Positions 1 to 8,295 of a stretch of DNA of 64,000 nt are shown here, piece by piece. The number at the start of each line of letters is the position of its first letter. Position 1 is the first letter of the stretch. The notes beneath the pieces are model-generated. The model was not told the origin of the DNA. It saw only the letters and a program-made list of their open reading frames with translations, and did not search any database. Origin of the DNA: Bradymonadia bacterium (GTDB lineage: Bacteria; Myxococcota_A; Bradymonadia; UBA7976; UBA1532); the NCBI GenBank assembly GCA_046290225.1, contig JBKAGE010000034.1:512001-576000 (forward strand). The letters run 5' to 3'. The position numbers were made by a program, and so were the translations under genes.

Positions 1-1
1 C

Positions 2-298
2 GCTCAGGCTTCAGGGGCTGATCCCGAAACAGCCTTGGAGCAGGCCCAGTTGATGCAGCGCCTGAGATCAGCTTTGGGTCAACTGCCCGAAGAAGAGCGA
101 GAGGTGATCGAAGCGATCTACGACCTGCATCAGACTGGAGACTCTGGGGCTGCTTGGGGGCGCCGCAAGGGGTTGAGTCGCTCCGCGGTGAGCCGTCGGC
201 ACCACAGGGCCCTCGGGCGGCTCGCTCACGCCATCGAGGCCCCTCGCCGGCTCAGAGGCTGTCGTCCCCCTTGCCGATCCGGTGTCGGGGATCGCTGA
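2..298 (+). CDS. C-terminal fragment (region 4) of a sigma-70 family RNA polymerase sigma factor; 5' end outside the window
   Basis: Frame is open from base 2. 'LRSALGQLPEEEREVIEAIY...GLSRSAVSRRHHRALGRL' fits the sigma region 4 HTH pattern. Confidence 0.7.
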   Translation, partial: AQASGADPETALEQAQLMQRLRSALGQLPEEEREVIEAIYDLHQTGDSGAAWGRRKGLSRSAVSRRHHRALGRLAHAIEAPRRLRGCRPPCRSGVGDR

Positions 299-2669
299 GG
301 GCCTCGGGCATGTCGCTGGTCTCCGTGTCCACCTGGGGCCACACAGAGCCCGAGAGGCTGCCGGAGTCATCTTCCCGGATGTTCTTGAGCACCTGAGAGA
401 AGGTCTTCTTCGACAACGCCGGATCGTCCAGCGCCGCATCAGGCCGGGGGGCTTCCTTCACCTCGGCGGTGGGCCCTCGATCCGAGGACGGGTTGGGCAT
501 GCCCTCGGTGAGATCGTCCTCGTCATCCTCTGGCAACCGACCAAGGGCGAGCCTCAAGGCGTCGTCATCGATGACGTCGTGCACAGTGGTGGGGGCCAGC
601 TCGTTGCCCACCTTGGCGATTTGCATGGTGCCCGCCATCGAGGCCGGATCGATGGAAGCGTCCCCTTCGATGACGATGGGCCCTGTAGGCCTCAGCGCGC
701 CGACGATGGGTCTCACGGCCGTGGTGCGGCTCAGGCTGACTTCTTCTTCGGGTACAGGTTCTTCGGGTACAGGGGTCGGCGCTGGTGTCGCCGCCTTCTC
801 TTCTGAGGGCGGCGAGGAAGCGTTGTTCTCAGCATCTTGAGGACGCGTGGCGCCCCGTCGGCGGCGGGAGACTGGCACCGTAGTGGGGGCCAGCGAGTCT
901 CCAGCACCCACCTCGTCCACGCGCCCCGCGGATGTCTCTATGGACTCGCTCGAGCCATCGTGAGAGGCATCGGAGTCGTCTCCTGCGCTCAGAGCGGCCA
1001 GCCCTTGGGGCAGAGCAGCCCGGCTTGAGGGCGTGATGTCAGAAGACTGAGATCCGTCAGAGGAGGCATCGGCAAGATCCTGCCCGCTGCGGCGATCCGT
1101 CTTGGCGACCTCTGTGTCGTGTACGCTGTCGATGCTGCCCATGCTGGGGTCGTATTGCACCATGATGCTGTCGGCATCATCGGCATCCTGGTCGCCGCTC
1201 TCGTCCGCCCTCAGATCCGAACTGGGGCGAGCGCCCGAGTCACTCGGCAAGGGCCGACCCACCATGGGCATGTCGTCCATGGAGTCGTGCACGCTGCCGG
1301 GGATCTCTGGTGCAATCGACGCGCTGCCGTTGGGGAAGTCGGCCTCTGAGCCTGTGGGCGTCGGCGGACCCAGAGAAGGCGTCATCACCGGGCCGAGCAG
1401 ATCGTCGGGGATGTCGGGGATGGGCACCTGGGCAGTCGGCTGCTCGACGTCGCGGGTGTTCACGCGAGGGGTGGATGGCTGAGCCACCGTCTGAGCACTG
1501 GGGCTCGCGATGGCGCCCGGGTCGGCGGGGGCATCCTCAATGAGGGAAGACAGCCCTCTGGCCTCACTCAACATGCTGGCCATGGGCGGCCCATTCAGCG
1601 TCGCGGGCCCCCCCGGCATCTGCGGCACCACTGCAGGTTGAGCGGCCTGGCTGGAGATCTGACGCCCAGTCCACTCTGCCTCCAGAGCAGCGGCGTGTGG
1701 CGTGGCGACGAGCTGACCGCTCACGCCGCCCTGCCAGCTGAACGCCAGCTCCACGGACACCTGACCTTCGTGGCACCTGACGCTGTGCACCTCACGGACG
1801 CGCTGGTCCTGACCGAGGACGAGGGTGATGTCGAGGCCAGCGCCCAAAAGCCCGGCGACGGCGCGATCTCGCGGCGCGGTGGCCGCGGCCCGGGCCAGAG
1901 CCTCGAGCCGTGCGAGGGCGTCACCAGAGGTGGCCCCCGGGAGCGCTACGGCCATGGGGGCCATGCGCTCGGCGAGGAGCGAGACGACATCCCAGGCGTC
2001 TGCCCGCTTGACCTCGTTGAGGCACACTCGATCAGCCGACATGCGCCCTGCGCAGTACAGCAGCTCTCCGGTGGTGACCCCACCATCACCCTCAACGCGT
2101 CTCGGCACGAGGCGGACCACTTCTCGCTCACCGAAATCGAGCTCGGGGAACTCCTCGACGACGACCACCCTGGCGATCTCCGGTAAGAGTGCGGTGATGG
2201 CCTCGAGCACTCTGGCTCGCCCGGTGGCCGCGGGCCCCACGACGGCGATGTTGAGGCCTCGATCGAGGGCTGCACGCAAAAACGGACGCAAGGGCTGGGG
2301 CAGCAGGCGAGCGAGGGTGAGGGTCGGCTCTCCCCCACCGCCACTGGGCCGCGTGATGGAGAGCAGCGGCCCGCCCTTCACCGCAGGCGGACGAATGGCG
2401 AGAAATCGGGTGCCATCTTTGAGCAGGGCTTCGAGATACGGGCGCTGCTCATCGAAGGGCTTGCGGGCCCGACGGGCGAGGCCGTCGAGGCTGTCGCTCA
2501 GCGCCCGACTGCTGTAGTGCACCGGTGCGCGGACCACCCGACCCTCACGCTCGACAAAGACCCGATCGGCGCCATCGACCAGAATCTTGCTCACCTGCTC
2601 GTCTCGAAGCAGGGCGTCGAGGGGGGCGAACAATCGCAGCAGGGGCGCGGGGATGGCCGCCACAGGCAT
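252..2669 (-). CDS. CpaF/TadA (VirB11-like) secretion ATPase-like protein with degenerate motifs and a long acidic Pro/Ser-rich C-terminal tail
   Basis: N-terminus 'LLRDEQVSKILVDGADRVFVEREG', 'LEALLKDGTRF..IRPP...GPLLSITRP' and 'NIAVVGPAATGRA' follow the CpaF layout. Residues about 335-805 are low complexity. Confidence 0.75.
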   Translation of the reverse strand: MPVAAIPAPLLRLFAPLDALLRDEQVSKILVDGADRVFVEREGRVVRAPVHYSSRALSDSLDGLARRARKPFDEQRPYLEALLKDGTRFLAIRPPAVKGGPLLSITRPSGGGGEPTLTLARLLPQPLRPFLRAALDRGLNIAVVGPAATGRARVLEAITALLPEIARVVVVEEFPELDFGEREVVRLVPRRVEGDGGVTTGELLYCAGRMSADRVCLNEVKRADAWDVVSLLAERMAPMAVALPGATSGDALARLEALARAAATAPRDRAVAGLLGAGLDITLVLGQDQRVREVHSVRCHEGQVSVELAFSWQGGVSGQLVATPHAAALEAEWTGRQISSQAAQPAVVPQMPGGPATLNGPPMASMLSEARGLSSLIEDAPADPGAIASPSAQTVAQPSTPRVNTRDVEQPTAQVPIPDIPDDLLGPVMTPSLGPPTPTGSEADFPNGSASIAPEIPGSVHDSMDDMPMVGRPLPSDSGARPSSDLRADESGDQDADDADSIMVQYDPSMGSIDSVHDTEVAKTDRRSGQDLADASSDGSQSSDITPSSRAALPQGLAALSAGDDSDASHDGSSESIETSAGRVDEVGAGDSLAPTTVPVSRRRRGATRPQDAENNASSPPSEEKAATPAPTPVPEEPVPEEEVSLSRTTAVRPIVGALRPTGPIVIEGDASIDPASMAGTMQIAKVGNELAPTTVHDVIDDDALRLALGRLPEDDEDDLTEGMPNPSSDRGPTAEVKEAPRPDAALDDPALSKKTFSQVLKNIREDDSGSLSGSVWPQVDTETSDMPEALSDPRHRIGKGDDSL

Positions 2670-2926
2670 GTCTCCGTAAGATTAAGCGATGATGGATTGC
2701 ACCCATGGCGCGACCACAGGCATCCCCATCGAATGGTGGGTCGTGAGCATAAAGGAGCCCGTTCCTGCTGTGCAATCGACCCGTTGACCGTGACGGCAGA
2801 ACGGCGTGTTTGACAGGCTGCCCCAACTTTGGGCATCAATATCGACTTGCGCCGAACATGGACCGGTACATTGACCTCTACAGCGTCGGCATGTTAGCCA
2901 TCCCACGCTGAAACGGTGAGTGGGCT

Positions 2927-3484
2927 TTGATGCAGCGATTCTCCCTGTTGCTGGTGTTGTGCGTGATCCCCCTGGGGTTCGCTGCGCCTGCTTTTGCGGA
3001 GATCGGCACATGCATCACCGCCAACGGGGTCCCCGTCTCACCCTGGTCCGACGCTCAAGACCCGGCCTGTGGCGCCGATTGTGGCGCTGAAGGGGTGGTC
3101 TACGAGTTCCCCCCAGCAGAGTTCCTCGACGTCCCTCCAGAAGCGACCCCCTGTGAAGACGAAGAGATCGGCGTGTGCACGCTCGCCGATCAGGCCCTGC
3201 CTCCGCTCTCGGCCCTCGTGCCGTCGAAGGTGGCATATGATCCGCCTGCTGATCAGGACGGACCACGGTGCCTTTACGATGGCCCAGAGTGCCAGCCCGC
3301 GGCACCCTTCCCCGCACAACTTCGGCTGGCCATGAGCGACATCGCTCCGGGTGGCCACGTGGCATCGGCCTCTGTGGGCCGACCCAAGCCCCCCGGGCGT
3401 CTGCCCGCTGTCGCAGGCTTCGCTGCGCCCCCCACTCACACGCCCTGGCTGGCGATCCCCGAGTCTCCCCCTCCACGGGTCTGA
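2927..3484 (+). CDS. Hypothetical secreted Cys-containing protein
   Basis: Signal peptide ending 'APAFA-E', several Cys pairs, and a C-terminal 'PESPPPR' motif. Confidence 0.6.
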   Translation: MMQRFSLLLVLCVIPLGFAAPAFAEIGTCITANGVPVSPWSDAQDPACGADCGAEGVVYEFPPAEFLDVPPEATPCEDEEIGVCTLADQALPPLSALVPSKVAYDPPADQDGPRCLYDGPECQPAAPFPAQLRLAMSDIAPGGHVASASVGRPKPPGRLPAVAGFAAPPTHTPWLAIPESPPPRV

Positions 3485-3663
3485 TCCACATCTGCACATG
3501 CTCTCGTGGTCCATGGTGACCTCGGAGAGAGAGTTGATGGCGAGGTGTCGGCGGCGTGGTCCGCTCGACGCCGTGAGTAATTCTGTACCAAATTCAGATA
3601 TCCAAACCGCGCCTGCCCGACGTACGGGTGGCGTGCATCAGTGCCTTTGAAAGGGCCATAGAG

Positions 3664-6297
3664 ATGAAAAAAGAAGTAGTGATCCTCGGCTTCGTGGTGA
3701 TCGCCGCCGCGGCCTTCGGCATCAGCCGTATGACCGCCAGCGACGACGCCCCCGAGACGAACAAGAAGCAGGTGGCCGACACCGCCAAGCCTGCTGACAA
3801 GGCCAACGCCGACAAGGGCGGCGCCAAGGCCCCCGCTGCAGGCAACGCCGCCAAGGCCGTGGCCAAGGGCGGCGACGCCGGCAACAAGATCCCCGTGGGC
3901 ACCAGCTACGGCAAGGGCGGCAACGCCGAAGAGGCCCTCGTGACCATCGTGGAGTTCTCGGACTTCCAATGCCCCTTCTGCTCCCGCGTCAACCCCACGC
4001 TCAAGCAGATCGACGAGACCTACGGCAAGAAGGTCCGCGTGGTCTTCAAGCACAACCCCCTGCCCTTCCACAAGGACGCCCCCCTGGCCTCCGAGGCCGC
4101 CCTCGCCGCCGGTGAGCAGGGCAAGTTCTGGGAGATGCACGACAAGCTCTTTCAGAACCAGAAGGCTCTCAAGCGTCCCGAGCTGGAGAAGTACGCCAGC
4201 GAGCTGGGCCTCGACATGGACAAGTTCAAGTCCGCCCTCGACGGCGGCAAGTTCAAGAAGGCCGTCGCCGACGACATGGCCCTCGCCAGCAAGGTGGGCG
4301 CCCGTGGTACCCCCAACTTCTTCGTCAACGGTGTGCAGATCACCGGCGCCCGCCCCTTCCCCAGCTTCAAGGAGGTCATCGATGCCGAGCTGAAGAAGGC
4401 TGAGGAGATGGCCAAGGCCGGCAAGACCCCTGCCGAGATCTACACCGCCATGGTGAACAAGAACTGGAAGGCCCCCGCCCCCCGCAAGGCCAACCCCAAG
4501 GCCGACGACAAGAGCATCTACAAGGTGCCCGTGGGCGCCAGCTACGCCAAGGGCCCCGCGGACGCTCAGGTCACCATCGTGGAGTTCTCCGAGTTCCAAT
4601 GCCCCTTCTGCTCCCGCGTCAACCCCACCATGGCCAAGATCCAGCAGGAGTACGGAGACAAGGTCCGCATCGTCTTCAAGCACAACCCCCTGCCCTTCCA
4701 CAAGGACGCCTTCCCCGCCGCCCTGGCCTCCGAGGCCGCTGGCAAGCAGGGCAAGTTCTGGGAGATGCACGACAAGCTCTTCGCCAACCAGAAGGCCCTC
4801 AAGGCCGACAACCTGAACGCCTACGCCACCGAGCTGGGCCTCGACATGGGCAAGTTCAAGGCTGACATGGCCGACAAGACCCTCGAGGCCAAGGTGAAGG
4901 CCGACATGGCCCTCGCCCAGCAGATCGGCGCCCGGGGCACCCCCAACATGTTCATCAACGGCCGCAAGGTCGTGGGCGCCAAGCCCTTCCCCGCCTTCAA
5001 GACCATCATCGACGAAGAGGTGAAGAAGGCCGACAAGCTGATCGCCGCCGGCACCGCCAAGGCTCAGGTCTACGCCAAGCTCACCGAGAAGGGCCTCACC
5101 AAGGCCGCCGCCCCTGCCCCCAAGAAGCGCGCCGAAGACAAGACCATCTACAAGGTCCCCGTCGTCGCCGACAGCTGCAAGGGCCCCGCTGACGCCCTGG
5201 TGACCATCGTGGAGTTCTCCGAGTTCCAATGCCCCTTCTGCAACAAGGTGCTCCCCACCCTGAAGCAGATCGAGAGCACCTACGGCAAGGACGTGCGCGT
5301 GTGCTTCAAGCACAACCCCCTGCCCTTCCACAAGGACGCCCCCCTGGCCAGCCAGGCCGCCATCGCCGCCGGCAAGCAGGGCAAGTTCTCCGAGATGCAC
5401 GACAAGCTCTTCGCCAACCAGCGCGCCCTCAAGGCCGACAACCTCCAGGCCTACGCCAAGGAGATCGGCCTCGACATGGCCAAGTTCAACGCCGATCTCA
5501 ACAGCGACGCGGTGAAGAACGTCATCAAGCAGGACCAGGCCCTCGCCACTCAGATCGGCGCCCGGGGCACCCCGAACTTCTTCATCAACGGCCGCAAGCT
5601 CGTGGGCGCTCAGCCCTTCGCCAGCTTCAAGGGCGTGATCGACGAGCAGAAGAAGGCCGCCGAGGCCCTCGTGGCCAAGGGCACCGCTCGCGCCAACGTG
5701 TACGCCGAGCTCACCAAGAACGGCGCCACCAAGGCTGCCGCCCCCGCCGGCCGCAAGGCCCCCGAGCCCGACAACAAGATCTACTCCGTGAAGGTGAACC
5801 CCGGCGACGCCATCAAGGGCAACAAGAACGCCAAGATCACCATCGTGGAGTTCTCGGACTTCCAATGCCCCTTCTGCTCCCGCGTCAACCCCACCATGGA
5901 CCAGATCCAGAAGGAGTACGGGGACAAGGTCCGCATCGTCTTCAAGCACAACCCCCTGGCCTTCCACAAGGACGCCCCCCTGGCCAGCCAGGCCGCCCTC
6001 GCCGCTGGCGAGCAGGGCAAGTTCTGGGAGATGCACGACATGCTCTTCGCCAACCAGCGCGCCCTCAAGCGCCCTGAGCTGGAGAAGTACGCCACCGAGC
6101 TGGGCCTGAACATGGACAAGTTCAAGTCCGCCCTCGACAGCGGCAAGTACAAGGCCCAGATCGACGCCGACATGGCCCAGGCCCGCGAGCTCGGCGCCCG
6201 TGGCACCCCCACCTTCTTCGTCAACGGCAAGAAGGTCCGTGGTGCTCAGCCCTTCGCCGCCTTCAAGACCGTCATCGACGAGGCGTTGAAGAAGTAA
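3664..6297 (+). CDS. Exported DsbA-family (thioredoxin-fold) protein with four tandem CPFC domains
   Basis: N-terminal hydrophobic segment, 4x 'VTIVEFS(D/E)FQCPFC', 4x 'FKHNPL', 4x 'GARGTP' cis-Pro loop, and strong C-ending codon bias. Confidence 0.92.
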   Translation: MKKEVVILGFVVIAAAAFGISRMTASDDAPETNKKQVADTAKPADKANADKGGAKAPAAGNAAKAVAKGGDAGNKIPVGTSYGKGGNAEEALVTIVEFSDFQCPFCSRVNPTLKQIDETYGKKVRVVFKHNPLPFHKDAPLASEAALAAGEQGKFWEMHDKLFQNQKALKRPELEKYASELGLDMDKFKSALDGGKFKKAVADDMALASKVGARGTPNFFVNGVQITGARPFPSFKEVIDAELKKAEEMAKAGKTPAEIYTAMVNKNWKAPAPRKANPKADDKSIYKVPVGASYAKGPADAQVTIVEFSEFQCPFCSRVNPTMAKIQQEYGDKVRIVFKHNPLPFHKDAFPAALASEAAGKQGKFWEMHDKLFANQKALKADNLNAYATELGLDMGKFKADMADKTLEAKVKADMALAQQIGARGTPNMFINGRKVVGAKPFPAFKTIIDEEVKKADKLIAAGTAKAQVYAKLTEKGLTKAAAPAPKKRAEDKTIYKVPVVADSCKGPADALVTIVEFSEFQCPFCNKVLPTLKQIESTYGKDVRVCFKHNPLPFHKDAPLASQAAIAAGKQGKFSEMHDKLFANQRALKADNLQAYAKEIGLDMAKFNADLNSDAVKNVIKQDQALATQIGARGTPNFFINGRKLVGAQPFASFKGVIDEQKKAAEALVAKGTARANVYAELTKNGATKAAAPAGRKAPEPDNKIYSVKVNPGDAIKGNKNAKITIVEFSDFQCPFCSRVNPTMDQIQKEYGDKVRIVFKHNPLAFHKDAPLASQAALAAGEQGKFWEMHDMLFANQRALKRPELEKYATELGLNMDKFKSALDSGKYKAQIDADMAQARELGARGTPTFFVNGKKVRGAQPFAAFKTVIDEALKK

Positions 6298-6500
6298 GCT
6301 CCGGCGCTGCGGCTCTGTGGCCCGCCATCTGAGTGGCGATTTGGCGCACAGAGGCGGCGCTTCCCTCCTCGACGCAGCGCTGCTGCGCCTGCGGGTGAAT
6401 CACCACCCCTGCACACCAACTCACCCCTCAGCTGACGACCCCCAGAACCTCCGCGCCTCCGCGGGGCACGTGCGTGTGTGGGTTGTGGCTCTCTTGGGGT
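6298..6500 (-). repeat. Dispersed structured element, copy A (53-nt arm / 33-nt core / 53-nt arm)
   Basis: Arms 6311-6363 and 6397-6449 are imperfect inverted repeats. Core 6364-6396 and the flanks are shared with the copies at about 37.0 kb and 50.3 kb. Confidence 0.85.
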
Positions 6501-6631
6501 TGGGTTTCCTGACTTGTTTTCGCGAGATGCTCAGCCTGAGAGTGGTGACTTGATTGCTGATTTTTGTGCCTTCTGATACTCAGGAGCACCATCGGCATCT
6601 ACCAGTCTGATGCCACGTGAAGGTGCCCACC

Positions 6632-7222
6632 ATGTCGCGAAAAACCGCCTCGACCAGCCGGATCACCGAGATTGCGGTGGTCTTGGGCTCGATGCTCCTC
6701 ATCATCGGGCTGCTCAACCATCATTTGCAGGCTGCCGGGCCTCGGCCAGAGCTCGAGCTCATCGAGGCGTTCCCGGGTGCGCAGATCGCTGAAGGCCCCG
6801 CGCCGGATTTTGCTCTGGAGCGGGCCGATGGCAGCATCGTCACCCTCGAAGATCTCCGCGGGAAGGTCATCTTCCTGAACTTCTGGGCCACATGGTGCCC
6901 GCCGTGTCGCGAAGAGATGCCCGACATGGAGAAGCTCGCCCGCGACCTGCAGTTCGACCAGTTCGAGATGGTGGCCGTGAGCAGTGACGAGTCGTGGAAG
7001 GAGATCGACGACTATGCCCTGGGCTTCGAGGACAAGCTCGGGGGCATGACTGTGCTGCTCGACACCCAGAAGGCCCTCGCGGCAAAGTACGGCACTGAGA
7101 AGTTCCCCGAGACCTACATCATCGATCCCCAGGGTCGACTGCGCATGCGGTTCGTCAACAAGCAGCCCTGGACCCGCCCCGAGATCGCCACCTACCTGAA
7201 CTGGCTGGCCAACGGCGGATGA
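6632..7222 (+). CDS. TlpA/ResA-family thiol-disulfide reductase, membrane anchored
   Basis: 'APDFAL...LRGKVIFLNFWATWCPPCREEMP', 'FPETYIID', and an N-terminal TM helix. Confidence 0.9.
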   Translation: MSRKTASTSRITEIAVVLGSMLLIIGLLNHHLQAAGPRPELELIEAFPGAQIAEGPAPDFALERADGSIVTLEDLRGKVIFLNFWATWCPPCREEMPDMEKLARDLQFDQFEMVAVSSDESWKEIDDYALGFEDKLGGMTVLLDTQKALAAKYGTEKFPETYIIDPQGRLRMRFVNKQPWTRPEIATYLNWLANGG

Positions 7223-8295
7223 AGATCACCACGGGCACTGACGAGATCAGCACCCTCAAGACCCCACCGAGCGCCGTCCGGCGGCGGCTCGTCGTGGCGG
7301 GCCTCTCCGTCGTCGGGGTCATCGTCATGGGCATCGCGGGCTACTATGCCCTCGGTCAGGGGCGCTGGTCGGTCTTGCAGTGCGCCTACATGGTGCTCAT
7401 CACCATCACCACCGTGGGCTATGGCGAGACCTTGCCGGTCTCCGAGTCGCCCATCGCTCAGATCTTCACCATCGTGCTGCTCATCAGCGGTATGGGGGTG
7501 AGCTTCTATTTCCTGTCGGCCCTCACCGCCTTCATCATCGAGGGTGATCTCAGAGAGGCCCTGTGGAGACGCCGCATGTTGCGAAAGCTGCGTGATCTCG
7601 AAGGTCACTACATCGTCTGTGGTGCCGGGGAGACCGGCCGGCACGTCTCCGAGGAGATCGTACGTGCTGGTTCACAGCTCGTGGTCATCGAACACGACCA
7701 GGATCGACTCGACCGCCTCTCTGCACTGCTCGGCGACGACTTCATCGCCCTTAAGGGTGACGCCACCGCCGACGAGGTGCTGCTCGAGGCCCGCGTAGAG
7801 CACGCCGCGGGGCTGGTGAGCTCGCTGCAGACCGACCGGGACAACCTCTTTGTATCGCTCACCGCCCGGGCCCTCAACCCCGGCCTGCGCATCGTCAGCC
7901 GCGGCATCGAAGAGCAGGCGACGGCCAAGCTGCATCGCGCCGGCGCTGACTCGGTCATCAGCCCCAACGCCATCGGTGGGCGCCGTATGGCCCACGAGCT
8001 GATGACCCCGGATCTTGTCGGCTTCCTCGACCTCATCGCCCGAGACGCCGGTGAGGATCTCGAGATCCGACAAGTCACCCTGCCCCCGCGGAGTCCTGTC
8101 GTCGGCCGCACGCTTGCAGATTCTGGGATTCGCGCCGCCTCGAACGCCCTCGTACTCGCCACGATTGACGAAGGCGGACAGGACTACACCTACAACCCCT
8201 CGCCCTCAGTGGAGCTGAAGGCAGGCATGCGCTTGCTCGTCATGGGCATGCACGGCTCGCTCGAGGATCTCGCCCAGTACATCGCTGAGAGCTGA
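7219..8295 (+). CDS. Potassium channel protein (2TM pore + TrkA-N/TrkA-C RCK domains, MthK/Kch-like)
   Basis: Selectivity filter 'TITTVGYGE', Rossmann motif 'HYIVCGAGETG', 'GDAT', and ATGA overlap with the upstream gene. Confidence 0.9.
   Translation: MKITTGTDEISTLKTPPSAVRRRLVVAGLSVVGVIVMGIAGYYALGQGRWSVLQCAYMVLITITTVGYGETLPVSESPIAQIFTIVLLISGMGVSFYFLSALTAFIIEGDLREALWRRRMLRKLRDLEGHYIVCGAGETGRHVSEEIVRAGSQLVVIEHDQDRLDRLSALLGDDFIALKGDATADEVLLEARVEHAAGLVSSLQTDRDNLFVSLTARALNPGLRIVSRGIEEQATAKLHRAGADSVISPNAIGGRRMAHELMTPDLVGFLDLIARDAGEDLEIRQVTLPPRSPVVGRTLADSGIRAASNALVLATIDEGGQDYTYNPSPSVELKAGMRLLVMGMHGSLEDLAQYIAES

Noticed and set aside
3436..6036. 866-aa ORF antisense to the DsbA gene
   Set aside because: Shadow ORF from high-GC codon bias. 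It mirrors the DsbA repeats and has no motifs of its own.
6317..6553. Small ORFs sharing 'LDAALLRLR'-like peptides (also 36564-37094, 50315-50503)
   Set aside because: The similarity comes from translating the repeat core. Substitutions preserve base pairing rather than amino acids, and starts and lengths are not conserved.
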